From Vicugna vicugna (lineage: Eukaryota), in contig MU058198.1 in NCBI GenBank assembly GCA_013265495.1, positions 3,794,419 to 3,858,418 of the forward strand: a DNA stretch of 64,000 nt. Direction: 5' to 3'. Each line of letters starts with the position of its first letter. Positions within the stretch are counted from its first letter, which is position 1. This document shows, in pieces, positions 25,351 through 38,481 of this stretch. The translations under genes and the position numbers were made by a program. A model generated the notes under the pieces. It was not told where the DNA came from, did not search any database, and saw only the letters and a program-made list of their open reading frames with translations.

Positions 25351-25806
25351 TGTGTAGGAAACTGAAGAATCCCCCCAAACACACCCCCGAGATATCAAGT
25401 CCTAACCTTGGAATTTGCAAAAATCACCTTATTTGGAAAAAGAGTCTTCGCAAATGTAGTTAAATTGAGGATCTTGAGATGAAGAGATTGCCATGGGTGC
25501 CCAGGGTGGGCCCTAAATGCCATCACAAGTATCTTTAGAAGAAAGAGACCAAGGGAGATAACACAGACAAAGGAGAAGTTATCTTAAAGATGGAGCAGGG
25601 AAGGAAGCCGAGGCACGTGGACAGCTGCTGGAAGCTGGGAGAGGCAAGGAAAAGATTCTCCCCTGGAGCCTCCAGAAGGGGTGCAGCCCTGCCAACACCT
25701 TAATTTTGGACGTCTGGCCTCCAGAACTCTGAGAGGATTAATTTCTGTTGTTTTAAGCTGTCCAGTTTGTGGCCATTTGTTATAGCATCTCCGAGAAACT
25801 AATACA
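25351..25806 (+). mobile_element. MaLR MLT1-type LTR
   Basis: accttatttggaaaaagagtcttcgcaaatgtagttaa...gattctcccctggagcctccagaagg...gaaactaataca. Confidence 0.85.
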
Positions 25807-28800
25807 TCTACCATGGACCAGATCATAGCCTAGCATTTGACTCAACTGCTGATACACTGACCAAACTGGAGTTCTGAAACCAAGCCTTCCAACGTGGGCT
25901 CGCCACCAGGCAACATAAGTTGGAGATGGAATCTCACTCCCGAGTGTCCCAGGAAACAAGATGAGAAGAAACCAAGAAGGTCACTCTGACAGCCAGAGGA
26001 CTCTGGTGCCTTTAACCCCGTTTCCCACTGGCACTGTCCAGACCAGCTAAAACCAAGGGGGAAGGACACCCTCTGTGCATTCAGCCCTCCTGTGGGGCCC
26101 CTGAAGGCAGCCAGCCACTGCTGTGTATGGATCAGGCCTGGGGACAGTTCACCTCCCCCCTCTCAATACACCCACCTGGGATTGGCCAAACGCCTCTGTG
26201 TCTGATGCTGCAGAGAGTGGTGGAAAACTACAGAGGATGGACAAAACTCACCGACCATCTGTTCGTCTTCTGTGTTTTGTGAATTTATTTTCAAATGTTA
26301 AGCATTTGATAGCAGTTGCCAGGCATTATCTCAAAAGCTACCATTTGGGTAAAGACATTCGATTTAACATCCATGAGAATCACTCAAGACCGGTGATTCT
26401 CCAGCGTTTGGAATAAGAGATGAGTTGTATTTTGAAACAACATCTTCAAATACTATCATATAATTTTATAACCGGAAAAAGGAAGTAAGATGTCTTATTT
26501 CTATAATACAGTATAATACAGACTTCAGGAAGGAAAGTTTGACCAAATCTTGTTAGAAAGGCTGCGTAGAAAATGGAAGAATTTCTCAATCAAGAATCAC
26601 AGGCTCGGGAATGGGAGCTTATTGGAATTTCCTGGCCACGGTGAGGTTTTTAGTTGATCAAAAAGGGGCACATGTTTGAAAAGGAAAAAAAGCTGTGTCA
26701 CACCTTCAGTATAAGGATGTGTCACTTTGATTTGATTCTCAGAAAGTTTGGAAGTGGGTGCAGCCATCTCGAAAGGGGTGCGTCTGTGAGTTGTAAAGGA
26801 TGAACAGGATGTAGCCACTTGTGGGTATGAGTTACGTCCTGCAAGTCCTACAGTTCAGAGGCTGAGTTGAAGGTTTTAGGGTGAAAAGAGACTCTTCCTC
26901 CAACTGCAGTTCCTCCCAGCAGGAGCTTCTAGTCTAAGCAGGACTGTCCTTGGGTATCATGGAAATTAGTAGGCTAATTTCCAAATCATGACCCTAGGCA
27001 TTCATGACTGAGCCCTCTTGACCAACATGACCATGAGAACTGAATATCAACCCCCTAGAACACGTTCTCAGTTCATTGATGCAACTACAGAAAACCTTGC
27101 CTAGGTTAGAATAAAGGGGTTACTCGAGTATAGTGAGGTGGTGAAAACCCAGACTCTGCATCCAGAGTGTTCACCTCCCAGTTCTGCATAACTGTGGAAA
27201 TTTACTTAGCCAAGCCTTCCCATTCTTAATATGAGAAGAGGCAATAATAACACTTCTGCCTTAGAATTGTTCTGGAGATCGTGTGAGACAGTGTCTGGAC
27301 TATAGTACGTTTCGTATATACGCTATCTATTATTTTCATCATTGCAGGAGCTGGGCAGATAAGGCAAATGCATGAAGCATTCTAGGAGTGAAAAAAACGG
27401 GAGTGTTGTGAGCCAGGAGTTCCTGACCTGGAGAGTACCTTGTCCTGTCTAAGGGGAGCAGCCCCAGCAGCGTCCTCTCCAAAGACAACGTGCAAGGAGG
27501 CAGTCCACCAATGCCATGTTTTCCCACTTCTCAAAAGAAGCTGGAAATCTAGACTTTTATATGAAATATCCTGATTTTAAAATACGGGCTACGAAACTCT
27601 GGACTGTGCAAATAAATTATGTCCGTTTAATACATACGTCAGGCAGGCTGCAAGCTTGCAACCTGTAACGAACAAGATCAGCGGACACACATTTTCAGCC
27701 CTTAAGAGAATTCTAAGGGTATCTGGAGGGAAGGATTTCATTTGCAGAACTTCTTAACTGGACATTATTGTTCATAACATGATAATTTAGCACTTGTAAT
27801 GTGCCAAGCCCTATCCTCAGGCTTTACAATAACAGCTCAATCCTCGTAACAATCCTGTAAGTTACGTACTATTACTTTTGTCATTTTACAGTGGAAGAGA
27901 CTGAAGCTTGGAGGTTAAGTAACTTGCTTAAGACCACGGAGCAGGTGGTAGAGCCAGATTTTGAATACAGGCTGGCTTTAAAAAATTTGCTATGAATCAC
28001 ATAAAAATTGTTTAAAACCCACACAGAATGTTGGCATGGCCAGAGCTGTCACCAAGATGTGTATTTATAAAGGTGTGCATCACTGAGTGATGTTGAGATT
28101 AGCAGGACCGTGAGAGAACTCAAGCAAACAGAATCAGCAAAGCCTTGCCACCTTGTCACCTTGTCATGTACCCAGAGTGCCTTGTGTCCACCAGAAACCC
28201 ATACGTGGCCACTGAACCACGTTTGTAGTTGACATGGCACTAAATCATATAGATAATGGCAAATCCTTGCAGAGCACTTACCACGTGCCTGTCTCTACTT
28301 TAAACGTCCTGCAAATATCAATTGACTTAACCCCGATGAGATGAATGCTGTTTCTCTCATCCCCATCTGATGTGGAAAATGAGCCACAGAGGGATGGAGC
28401 CATCTGTCCAAGTCCACAGAGCCACATACAGGGGCAGAGTTTGAATGCAGGCAGTCCAATTTCTGAGTCTATTCTCTTAGCTACTACATTTTGCTCATAA
28501 ATCGATTAAAATATCAATTCCCTGTGGTTCCTTCCACTGCAAAAATGCCTCTGAGCAAGAAAGAGCACAGCAAAGAGAGGGATTTTGAATGAAGTTGCAG
28601 ACAAAACTGAACATTTAGAGGGGGATACAGTTTGCTTTATAATGATGACAATAGTTAGCTTTGTTGGGGGGCATTATTCCTAGGTTCCCACCGCTATTAA
28701 GTTCATGTTAGCCTCATAAACTGTAGGAGCTGGATGTTATTATTCAACCCATTTTACAGATGAGAAACTTGAGACTCGGAGATGCCAAGTACCTTGAATA

Positions 28801-29654
28801 AGGTCACACAACTGGTAAGTGATCTTGAGTGCAGGTCTATCAGACCCTACAGCCTGCATGTTTAAGCCCCACATTAAAATATTCAGGAGCTTGTTTCTTC
28901 CAGAATCCCTTCTGTTAAGGGAAGTGGAAAAAAACCGAGAATAAAGACTAATTGTTAATCAGCCATGGAGTAACCTCCAGGGAGTTTCCAAAGAGAAGCC
29001 CACATGACCGGGCGGTGCCTGAGGGATGAAAGTTTAGGATAAAGCTTCACTGGGAGTGTCTCTCTGACACCCTACAAGGCCCAGCCCTCAGATACCCTGC
29101 ACCCCGCAACCAGAGGACCACGTTCTCTCCCCTTCCCTCTGGCTAAACGTGAAGAGTGCCCTTCGGCCTTGTTTCCTCTTGGAACTCAAAACCTGCTCAG
29201 GTGTTGAACTTCTTTGTTGGACCTTCTTAGGTGTGCAAGTGGCAAAACCCACCACACACTGGAGTAATTCAGCAAAAAAGATAATTTATTTGTTTTGGTA
29301 GCTGAAAGAGCCTTGGGCTGTCTGGCTTCAGGCACAGATGGGTCCAGGGATTCAGACGATATCAGAAAACGGTCCCTCTTCACCTTCCTCTAATTTTCTC
29401 CATGGCTTCATTTTCATTTTCTTTGAGGCCCCCAGAAGCTCCAGTCACTCCCCCTAGCTTAGCAGTACTAGTGGAAAGAGAACTTAATTTTTCCAATAGT
29501 CCCAATAGTGGTTATGAGACTTGAGTTTTACTGGCTTGGCTTGAATATCCATCTCTGACTTAATTGTCTTAGCTAAGGGGATAGATGCCAGACTTGCCAA
29601 GCGTGGCTCACATGCTTGCCCCTGGAGAAGGGTGGAGGTAAGAGACAGGCTTCT

Positions 29655-29817
29655 TCTCCTCCCCCTCCCCCTCCTCTCCCCCTCCTCCTCCTCTGGTGGG
29701 GGAATGGGTAATTAGGTTTAACTATTTATTTATTTTTAGAGGAGGTACTGGGGATTGAACCCAGAACTTCGTGCATGCTAAGCATGTGCTCTACTGCTTG
29801 AGCCATACCCTTCCCCC
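29655..29817 (-). mobile_element. tRNA-derived SINE, vic-1-like (Camelidae)
   Basis: Minus strand reads gggggaagggtatggctcaagcagtagagcacatgcttagcatgcacgaagttctgggttcaatccccagtacctcc (A and B boxes), then an AT-rich segment. Approximate TSD GAGACAGG at 29642 and 29818. Confidence 0.85.
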
Positions 29818-31884
29818 GAGACAGGGCTCTTAAATTACATGGGAATCAGTGGTTTCCCAGGGGAAAATAGTGATATAATTTTAAAAAGAAGTCAGGGGAA
29901 TGGGGTGTGGGGGGTAATAATAACAGGTGTCTCCTAAAAGGGCAGACTATGGAGTCACCTACTTCTGGATGCTAAAATTATAGGTAATGTGGTAACGATT
30001 CACTCTTAATGGAAGGGTCTCAATATTTCTGACGCCTATAAGGAAGGCAGTAACTTCCTTGCTAGCAAGCGTAGTGGACATCTCCTCTTCTGGGAAGAGC
30101 GCACCAATGTTCCTTGTGGTACCATCCATCCCTCATTCTCAGTCACTGTGGTGGAGGTGGCACTAACACACCCAAGGCTTCAAGCTTGAAGCCATAGCCT
30201 GAGCCTGTCTTATACCTTTGGCCATATGACTGGTTCTGAGATGATCGTGTGATTTGATTTTTACCACAGTCATCTTGTCATTGGCATCAAAAAAAAAAAA
30301 AGCCTACTGGGAAAGGAAAGCTCTTTCTTTTTGGCTGGCATTGGTGAGAGGGTAGCTGTTGGCTGGGAGATGCCTGAAGCCATCTCGCCACTGCAAGGAT
30401 GGTGCTGGCCCGAAAATCACAGGGGAAACCAGAGCCAAGAGCTGGAATCGGAGTCCCTGGACCCAGAAGTACTATTTTTGAGCCAGTCAATCACCATCAT
30501 TTTTCCTCTTGAATTAAACCAATTTGAAGTGGATACTCTGTCACTGGCAAACTGAAAAAAACCATCTAGCTTACATCTACCTGGATTCAAATACCAGTTC
30601 CGCCATTTTTACAAACCATGTCATTTTGGGTAAATGGCGTAACTCCTCTGATCCTTTGTTGCCCTCTCGATGGAGGGGAAGTATCTCCGTCCCAGGGTTT
30701 CCAGGATAGCGGCTGAGATTATAGCTGATTGATCCTGAGCACAGGCCTGGGGGACCATGTGTGCCTCATACATGTAAGTTTTATTGGTATTGGGAGAGTA
30801 GGAAAAGCCAAAGTAAGTGGGAATGGGAGCCAAACCTGAGTGTCTCTCAGCACCAAGGAAATATTTGATGGAGCGGAGCTGACTGCACCCAGATAATAGG
30901 TAGTGTTGGGGATACTTGGAAGGCAAATGCCTGATTCAAAAACATTAGACCTTTAAATTTTAAAATCTCTGCTGAGAACAAGCAAAATAAGGACAAAGTT
31001 TATTAGTTCCCCAACCCCAAAGAGCAACTGAAACATGAACGTTCCAGATGAGACCGCAGCTGTGAGTCCAGCGGTGCTGCTGCCCGATCCTGGGTGTCCC
31101 TGTGAACTGGCCCTGAGAATCAGGGATTCCAGGGAGAGGAAACTCCGTGGTGCCCTCCACCTTGACCCTCTGCCCCTCCCAAAGCAAGAGAGTCAAAGGG
31201 CTTTTGAGTCCAGGCTCTCCTTACTTTCAGAACTGAACATGGCCACTCTTTTATTTTTAACCTTCCCTTCCCCTAGTCTATGCCTTCAAGCAGCTTTTTC
31301 TGGGGAGGGAGTGTTCGCGCCCACACTGGCAGATCTGAGTCCCTGGCCGCACGCCGGCTGCAATGGGGCTGTTGCCATGTCCACCCACCCCAGCAGCCTG
31401 GAATCCAGCCTTCAAAGGGGCTGACTCGAGAGCTGTATGAACTAGGAGGAGAGTCGAACTCAAGTGCCAGGAGGGACCGAGGTGAGGGCAGGGGGCCCTC
31501 CACCCCTGTTCACTCTTTTGAAAAGAGGATGCTTCACATCTGGCTGGAGTGTCTGTGACAGTAAAAGACCTGGAGGAGGAGCTGGGGCTTAGGGCAGCCA
31601 TCACCATACAGAGATGCTCCCCAGGGGCTGGCACTTGTCATCTGTTATACTTTAACCACATTTGCTAACCAGAGAGGTTAACAAACTTGCCTGGAGTCAC
31701 AAAGCAAATCAGTGGCAGAGCCAGAAGATGAACCTTGATGGCTATAAATCTAGCACTCTGATTTAATCACCATAAAGTAATGCCAACCGGGGACAGAATG
31801 CATTGAGGAGTGGACGTGAAAAACTATTTATTTTTGCTAATTATTAAAGAATCATCTGATCCATACATCAATTTCCTCTCAGTT

Positions 31885-32360
31885 TGTCTAGTTTGGTGAT
31901 CTTAAATATGTCCACAGATTCTTTGAAGCCCCTCCTATCAAGGGATAGAAGCTAATTCCCTTCCCCTGGAATATGGGCTGGCTGCTGACCAATAGAATGT
32001 GATGGAAGTAATGCCTGTTGGTTTCCAAGGCTGGGTTAGAGAAAGCTGCAGAACATCCGCTGGGCTCCAGGTCCCGGGGTGCTCACTCTTGGGACCCAGC
32101 TGCCACGTTGTGAGGAAGCCCAGGTCATGCAGAAGCCACATGTAGGAAGCTCCTTTGGAGAGCCAAGCCCACGGTCAGCATCGCCCACCAGACATGCAGG
32201 TGGGGAAGCCTTTGCGATGATAACAGCCCCAGCCTCCATCTAACTGCAGCCAGAGAAGAATCCTGAACAAGAACCACACAACGGATCCAGTCAGTTCCCA
32301 GAACACCGAGAGACAGTAATAAGTGATTGTCATTAGGAATAGTTAGTGTGCATTTGTTCC
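31885..32360 (+). mobile_element. MaLR MLT1-type LTR
   Basis: tgaccaatagaatgtgatggaagtaatg...gacccagctgccacgttgtgaggaagccc. Boundaries approximate. Confidence 0.7.
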
Positions 32361-32545
32361 TGGTTAAAAAAAAAAACTGATCAATTCTTGGGCTCTGGCA
32401 AAAAATAAAATAAAAATTTTAAATGAGCTACTTGACTTGTATGATTTGATTCCAAAGTGAATGAATAGACTCTAATTCTACAAAATCTTGTCTGGGCAAC
32501 TCTCCACTGGCCTTTCTGATGGTGCTTTTAAATTTAAACAATCAG

Positions 32546-32571
32546 GATGATGATGATGATGATGATGATGA
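32546..32571. repeat. (GAT)8 microsatellite
   Basis: Direct reading. Confidence 0.95.
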
Positions 32572-32662
32572 CAATTTGTGCAATTTCTTCTTGAACCTTT
32601 GTATGTGACATGCAGAGTGTGAAAGGTTTTACCTATATGATATCTTTTCTTCCGTCCTTCCA

Positions 32663-32933
32663 TTCTTCCTTCCTTCCTTTCTTTTCTTTCCTTTCTTTTC
32701 TTCCTTCCTTTCTTTTCTTTCCTTTCTCTCTTTTCTTTCTTTCTTTCTTCCTTTCTTTCTTTCTTTCTTCCTTTCTTTCTTTCTTTCTTCCTTTCTTTCT
32801 TTCTTTCTTCCTTTCTTTCTTTCTTTCTTCCTTTCTTTCTTTCTTTCTTCCTTTCTTTCTTTCTTTCTTCCTTTCTTTCTTTCTTTCTTCCTTTCTTTCT
32901 TTCTTTCCTTCCTTCCTTTCTTTCTTTTTTCTC
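32663..32933. repeat. Pure pyrimidine (TTTC/TTCC) tract with a 20-bp higher-order unit
   Basis: 271 nt of only C/T; TTCTTTCTTCCTTTCTTTCT repeated 8 times at 32741-32900. Confidence 0.97.
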
Positions 32934-33604
32934 AAAACAGCCTCATGCTATTACCTTTTTTTTTTTTTCAGGTTTGGAACTGAGCTTAAGGAGTTAAACT
33001 GTCCATGGGCGCCCAGCTAGGAAGCAGCAAAACTGGGTTTTTGTTGATTCACTGATTCAACCTGTGTTGACTGAGCTCCCACGATGTGCCACCCACTGTA
33101 CTGGGCCCTGGAGATGCTGCAAGAAGACAGATGAGGGTCTTGCCCATGACTCCAGCATGGCAGACAGGTGATGAGGAAACAAACAATAATGAATAACAAC
33201 CTTGCTGATTGTGATCAATGGAGAATAGTGACGAGACTGGTAGTAATTAAGGAACTGCCTTCAGTTCCCTCTGAGGAAGTGGCTTTTGAGGGACATGATG
33301 TAAGATCTATGCCATGTGATCCTGGAAAAGGAGCAACCCAGGTGGCAGAAACACCCAGAAGAAAGCCAGGGTTAGGGCACATTCAAGAAACAAAGAAAAA
33401 AAAAAAAAAAGAGGCCAGCCTTGAAGTGAACAAGAAAAAATAAGGTAAGAGATGAGGGCGGAGAAGGAGGTGAAGCCAGACCACACATGGCCTTATTGGC
33501 CAAAGTAAAGAATGTGGGTCTATGCGAAGAAAAAAGGAAATTTGGAAGATTTTTTTTAATAGCATAGTGACATGATCTGGTCGACTTTTCAAGTGTCATT
33601 TCTG

Positions 33605-33951
33605 CACAAATGAACTTATTTACAAAACAGAGACAGACTCACAGACATAGAAAACAAATTTATGGTTTCCAGAGAGGGGAAAGAGGTGGGGAGGGATAAA
33701 CTGGGAGTTTGGGATTTGTAGATAATAACTACTATATATAAAATAGATAAACAACCAGGCCCTACAGTATAGAACAAGGAACTCTATTCAATATCTTGTA
33801 ATAGCCTTTAACCAAAAAGAATATGAAAAAGAATATGTATACATTTAAATGAATCACTATGCTGTACACCAGAAATTAACACAACATTGTACATCAACTA
33901 TACTTCAATTTAAAAAATAGTAAAGTACTGTAAGAGAAAAAGAGAAAACAT
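33605..33951 (+). mobile_element. L1 3'UTR fragment inserted in an L2 remnant
   Basis: cacaaatgaacttatttacaaaacagagacagactcacagacatagaaaacaaa...tatacttcaatttaaaaaa; TSD TGTCATTTCTG at 33594-33604 and 33952-33962. Confidence 0.9.
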
Positions 33952-34689
33952 TGTCATTTCTGGCTGTTCCATGGACCAAACCAAGGTGGAGATGGGTGCA
34001 CTCCACTCAGTGTTGCCTGAGGACACACAGCTGAACCACATAACCCTGAACTAAACCAGACGTCCAACCCCCTGGATCCAGGGTTTGAACGGCCCGGCCT
34101 GGCCACAGCACTGTCCATCCAGAGTGACCATCTCTGTAGTCCAGCAAATGGAGGATAAGACAGTACACAGAAGAGCCCCAAGGACAAGGCTGTGAAATCA
34201 GGAAGAGAGAGTGGGGACGGGGCATGGGAAGGAGAGGGCCACCGTAATGGTTTCTATTAGTTAAAAAAAGAAAGAAGGAAGTTAAATAAAGTAAACATCA
34301 GACTCAAGGAGTTTGGAAAAGCACCAGCTATACTTCAATTAAAACTTACCAAAAAACAAAGAAATCATGGGGAAAAAGTGAAAGTATAACATACAGTTCT
34401 ATGCTAGCAAACTGGAACATTTTGATGAAATTGATGCTTTTCTGGAAAACAGTTACTAAAACCCTTTATATAATATGAAGTATTCTAATGTATATTTTAA
34501 GTATAGTACAATCTTTATAGTATACTTAAAATCTTATCATCTTAAATAAAGTGATGTGGTGGTTAGGGCTGCAGGCTCCGCTGTCAGATGGATGTGGATT
34601 CAAATCCAGTCTCCGCCACTCACTAGCTGCGTGATCTTGGGCAACACTCAGTGTCTTCGTTTCTAAAACGGGGATAAATAAAACCAACT

Positions 34690-35300
34690 CCTGCCTGGGA
34701 ATAAATATAACTAGGAGTGTGCAGAAAGTACATGAGGAAATGACAAAAGCTCATCAAGGGAATTCGAAACGAGGTCAGATAAACGGAACTAAAGAATTGT
34801 TATCTAATAACGCTGGTTCTTCTTAGGTAAATATGTGGGCTTGATGCAATTCTAACAAACATCCCCATCCAACTTCTTTTATATTTGTTTTCCTTTGGTG
34901 GGAAAGGAGAGAATTGGACAAAGCAACTCTAAAATTCAACCAGAAGGATGAATGGGCAAAATAGCCAAAAACAACTTGAAAGTGAAGAATAATTAGCACA
35001 CTGAATACAGATATTAAAATGGACTATAAAATTTCAAAGATTAAAATAGCATAGTGCATAAATATTGAAGCATAGATCGATGGCACAAAGCGGATAGCTC
35101 TGAGACAGTCTTTCATGTACGACCTGGCTTTGTTAGATAATAAAACTGGTCATCCAAGGTTATGGAGAAATAAGAAACATACAGGAATGATGCTGAGATA
35201 ATTGATTAATATGGGGGGGTTAAAAAAAGCAAAATTAAATCTTCATCTCATACTATACATCAGTGTAAATTTCAGATTGATTAAAGAGTACAAAGTAATT
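34690..35300 (+). mobile_element. Old, degraded L1 (L1M-type) ORF2 fragment
   Basis: A-rich sequence with L1 ORF2-like runs (ggaataaatataactaggagtgtgcag; ctctaaaattca; aatagccaaaaacaacttgaaa). Boundaries approximate. Confidence 0.65.
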
Positions 35301-38300
35301 TAAAAGTTAATTAAGACTAATAAACAATCTAGACAAAGTTCTGGGCAACAAGGCAACTTGATCACTTGATCACAGGCATCTAATGTCTATCTGCCCCTCC
35401 TTTCTCCCAGATTCACCTGTTTAAAAAAATACAAACGTACATGTATATAAGTATATATATATGTACATATGCTATCTATATTTACCTATTTTTTTATTTT
35501 TAAAAGATGAAGGTTAGAGCCTTATCTGTGCTGACAGTGATAGAGGGCTGCTGTTCATATATTTGAAAATTTTAAATGCTTATACTTAGTATGATATGGA
35601 TGAGACAAAATTTAAAAGTGGATTTTTGGTGATGTTGGGGGTCCAAAAAAATGGAATAAACCTTTAGTTAATCTAATCAAGGAGAAGGCGAGTGACAAGG
35701 CACCATTAAGAGTAGGAGAAATCAGAATTATAAGTAAGGAAAATAAATTTAAAATGCAGGGAATATGCATAACTTCATACTGATAAATTAGAAAATGTTG
35801 ATGAAATAGATATTACAGAAGAACGTATATGGCCAAAAAAATTGATTCCAGAAGAATGAAAAGATCTGAGTAAGATGCAAAACCAAGGGGAAATTTGAAA
35901 AATTAGTCGAAGAATGATGACAGTGGGCCTGTTGGTTTCATGGGTGAGGTCATATGTTTAAACAAACTGAAGGAGTTGGCAGAGTCTACACTTCCGTGTC
36001 TCTGTTTTGTTTTAAACCAGGAGTCCCACCGGAGCCAGGCAGATGACTGAGGAGTGACGCAGGTGGAGGATCATAGGGAGGACCGGAAACTGTGGTAAAA
36101 TGAAGCAGGCGAGCCTCAATGAAGAAGCAGATGTTACTCTTCTCCAACCAATGGCTGGCAGGAATGTGGGCCCACAATTTAATTCAGTGCGATGCAGATT
36201 GTGAAACCAGGTGGGTGAAGCAAAACATCAGGAGACTGGACAGAATCGATGAGCTCCCAGTTCGCAAGTTCCCCAGGAAATGCTATCAATACACAGGATT
36301 TAGGAAGAGACAGCCTCCCTACCATTGTCTGGGATCATTTTGAAAATGATTTCTTAGAAGAGGTGCTTACCTCTGTCAGTCCTTCAAGGTGGGACATTTT
36401 GCTGAATAACTTTGGGTCAGCACTGAGGGCAGCCAATTGAACAAGATAAAATAGAGATTTCCTCTTTTGCCTGAGTCTGAGCACCTCTCAGGTTATGATA
36501 AGGGAAGGCTAGACTATTCTGAAAAAATAATTCATTCAACACATTTATTCAATGAGTAATGTCAAGCACCTACTAAATGTTGTGTGCTATTATAAGTATG
36601 GGAATAGAGCTGTGACCAAAATAGAACAATTCTCTGCCCTCAGTGAACTTTATGTTCTAGAGACTGTAAAACAATGGGCAGAACTCAAGGTCTTCTGGTC
36701 AGTTTCTATGTTAAGAACCTTTGCTTTGTAATGAGGACTCACTTGTAAGCATTCAAAAGTCCAATCCAGAAATGATATGGTATCTGGGACTTGCTACAGA
36801 ATATTTCAGTGGGGAGGGTCAGTTAATGGGACATAGAGATGAAACAGGATTGGCCATGGGTCAATGACTCTTGTAGTGGGTGGTGGGGTACAAGGACATT
36901 CATTCTTCCATTATACTTTCCTCCCCACTTTTATACATGTTTGAAAATGCTTCATAATGAAAAGGTTTTTAAAGCCCAATTCAGTTGAAATCAAAACATG
37001 AACCTCATATTCAGTTCAAAGTCTTTCCTTCTCTCCAGCCCCAGCCTAACCATGAGTGGAGGGTCTCTGCAAGGGATGGGGAGGTGTCTGGGATGTCCTT
37101 CTCTCAACCCCCCTTCCCCTGTTGCTGGCTCCTCTGGGGCTGAGGAGGGGGTAGAGGGGTGGGTAGAGGCGTAAGAGGTGAAATTCTTACTCTGATGGTG
37201 CCTTCAGTGGTTCCTTTTGGCTTCTGATGCCCTCTGTGTTGCTGGCATCCAAATGCTATTTTCTCATGAGTACAGTCCCATGGAGAGTTTGAGTTAACTT
37301 CCTCAGCATCCACATGGTACTTGGTGTATCTTTGCAACACCAAACCCTGGGAGTCGAGGCTGCCTTCCTGGTGTCCTCTCTCCTTACCCTGTAATTGAGG
37401 GCTGTTCCAGCCAGCCACTCGCCTTCCTGGTTCTCCAGGTGGCAACCAGGCATCAGCCTCTGTGTTCATGTGTTCATGCGTGTTCCTGACGACACTCGTC
37501 AGTTTCTCTCCAGGGCTCCTCCCCACCACTGTGTCCCAGGAGCCAGCCTAGAGCCTTCACGTCGGCAACCACTGGCCAGGGAGTAAGATATCAGGTTCCC
37601 TTCTTGCAGGTCCCTCATTCCATCAATGAGTGGGTTGGACCTCTCATCACGTGGCTTGATGAAGACGAGCCCCCTCCTCCTCCAGCAGGGGCATGGGATG
37701 AAAAGAGCTAAAGCACCTTCCTCCCCCAGGCTCACGGCTCATTCTTTCCCCACCTCATAAACTCCAGTCTTCCATCCATAGAATCTGAATGGAAGTCCTT
37801 GGAGGGAGGACGGCAGGACCTGTCCTTGTCTGGCCAGCTCTTCGTGAGCCCTGGGGAGTCATTCGGCAGCTCTTTGGCTCTGGATAGGGGACTGTTTCAT
37901 GTTTATTGTTTTCAGCTTTGGGGCTTTGGCCAACATTCCAAGCCAACAGGAATAGCCCTAAACAACATCCTGTTCTACTGACTTTAGGAAGGTTTCCAAA
38001 GTGGTTTTAACCATCTTAGTTATCTGTTGAGGTGTTTATCTCATGTCTCAATAAAGAAACCTTTTAAATCTCTGACTCTTGGGCCGTTTTGTTTTCCTAG
38101 TGCGTAAATCCCATGGAAAGTGATTAACCACGTAATAGTCAGCTGTTTGTTATTCTGAAGGTGGCAGATTAAAACAAATCTCATTAAGAGAGCTGGCTTC
38201 TTTGGCATCATTGTTTTATTTATAGCTACAGCTGACATTTATTGAGGACTTTGTATGTGCCAGGCAGTGTGTTAAGTGTAGTATCATATGTATGATAATA

Positions 38301-38481
38301 GGAGGCCCTACTGACCATAGAAATAGGTCCTATTATTTTATTAATGAGTAAAGAGTGGCACAGAAAGGTTAAGTAATTTTCTCAGGGTCACACAGCAAGT
38401 GATGCAATTAGGACTTGAATCCAGTTTTCGCTGACTCCAAACCCCATACTCTCTACCATACTTTCTGCCATGCACCAAGTA

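Noticed and set aside
24707..25420. 237-aa minus-strand ORF
   Set aside because: Spans MLT1 and L2 fragments; chance open frame.
29740..29817. tRNA gene (also at ~43135-43210)
   Set aside because: tRNA-like heads of SINEs with tails and TSDs; no intact cloverleaf evident.
32610..33020. F/L/S-rich and K/E/R-rich ORFs
   Set aside because: Translations of the (TTTC)n tract.
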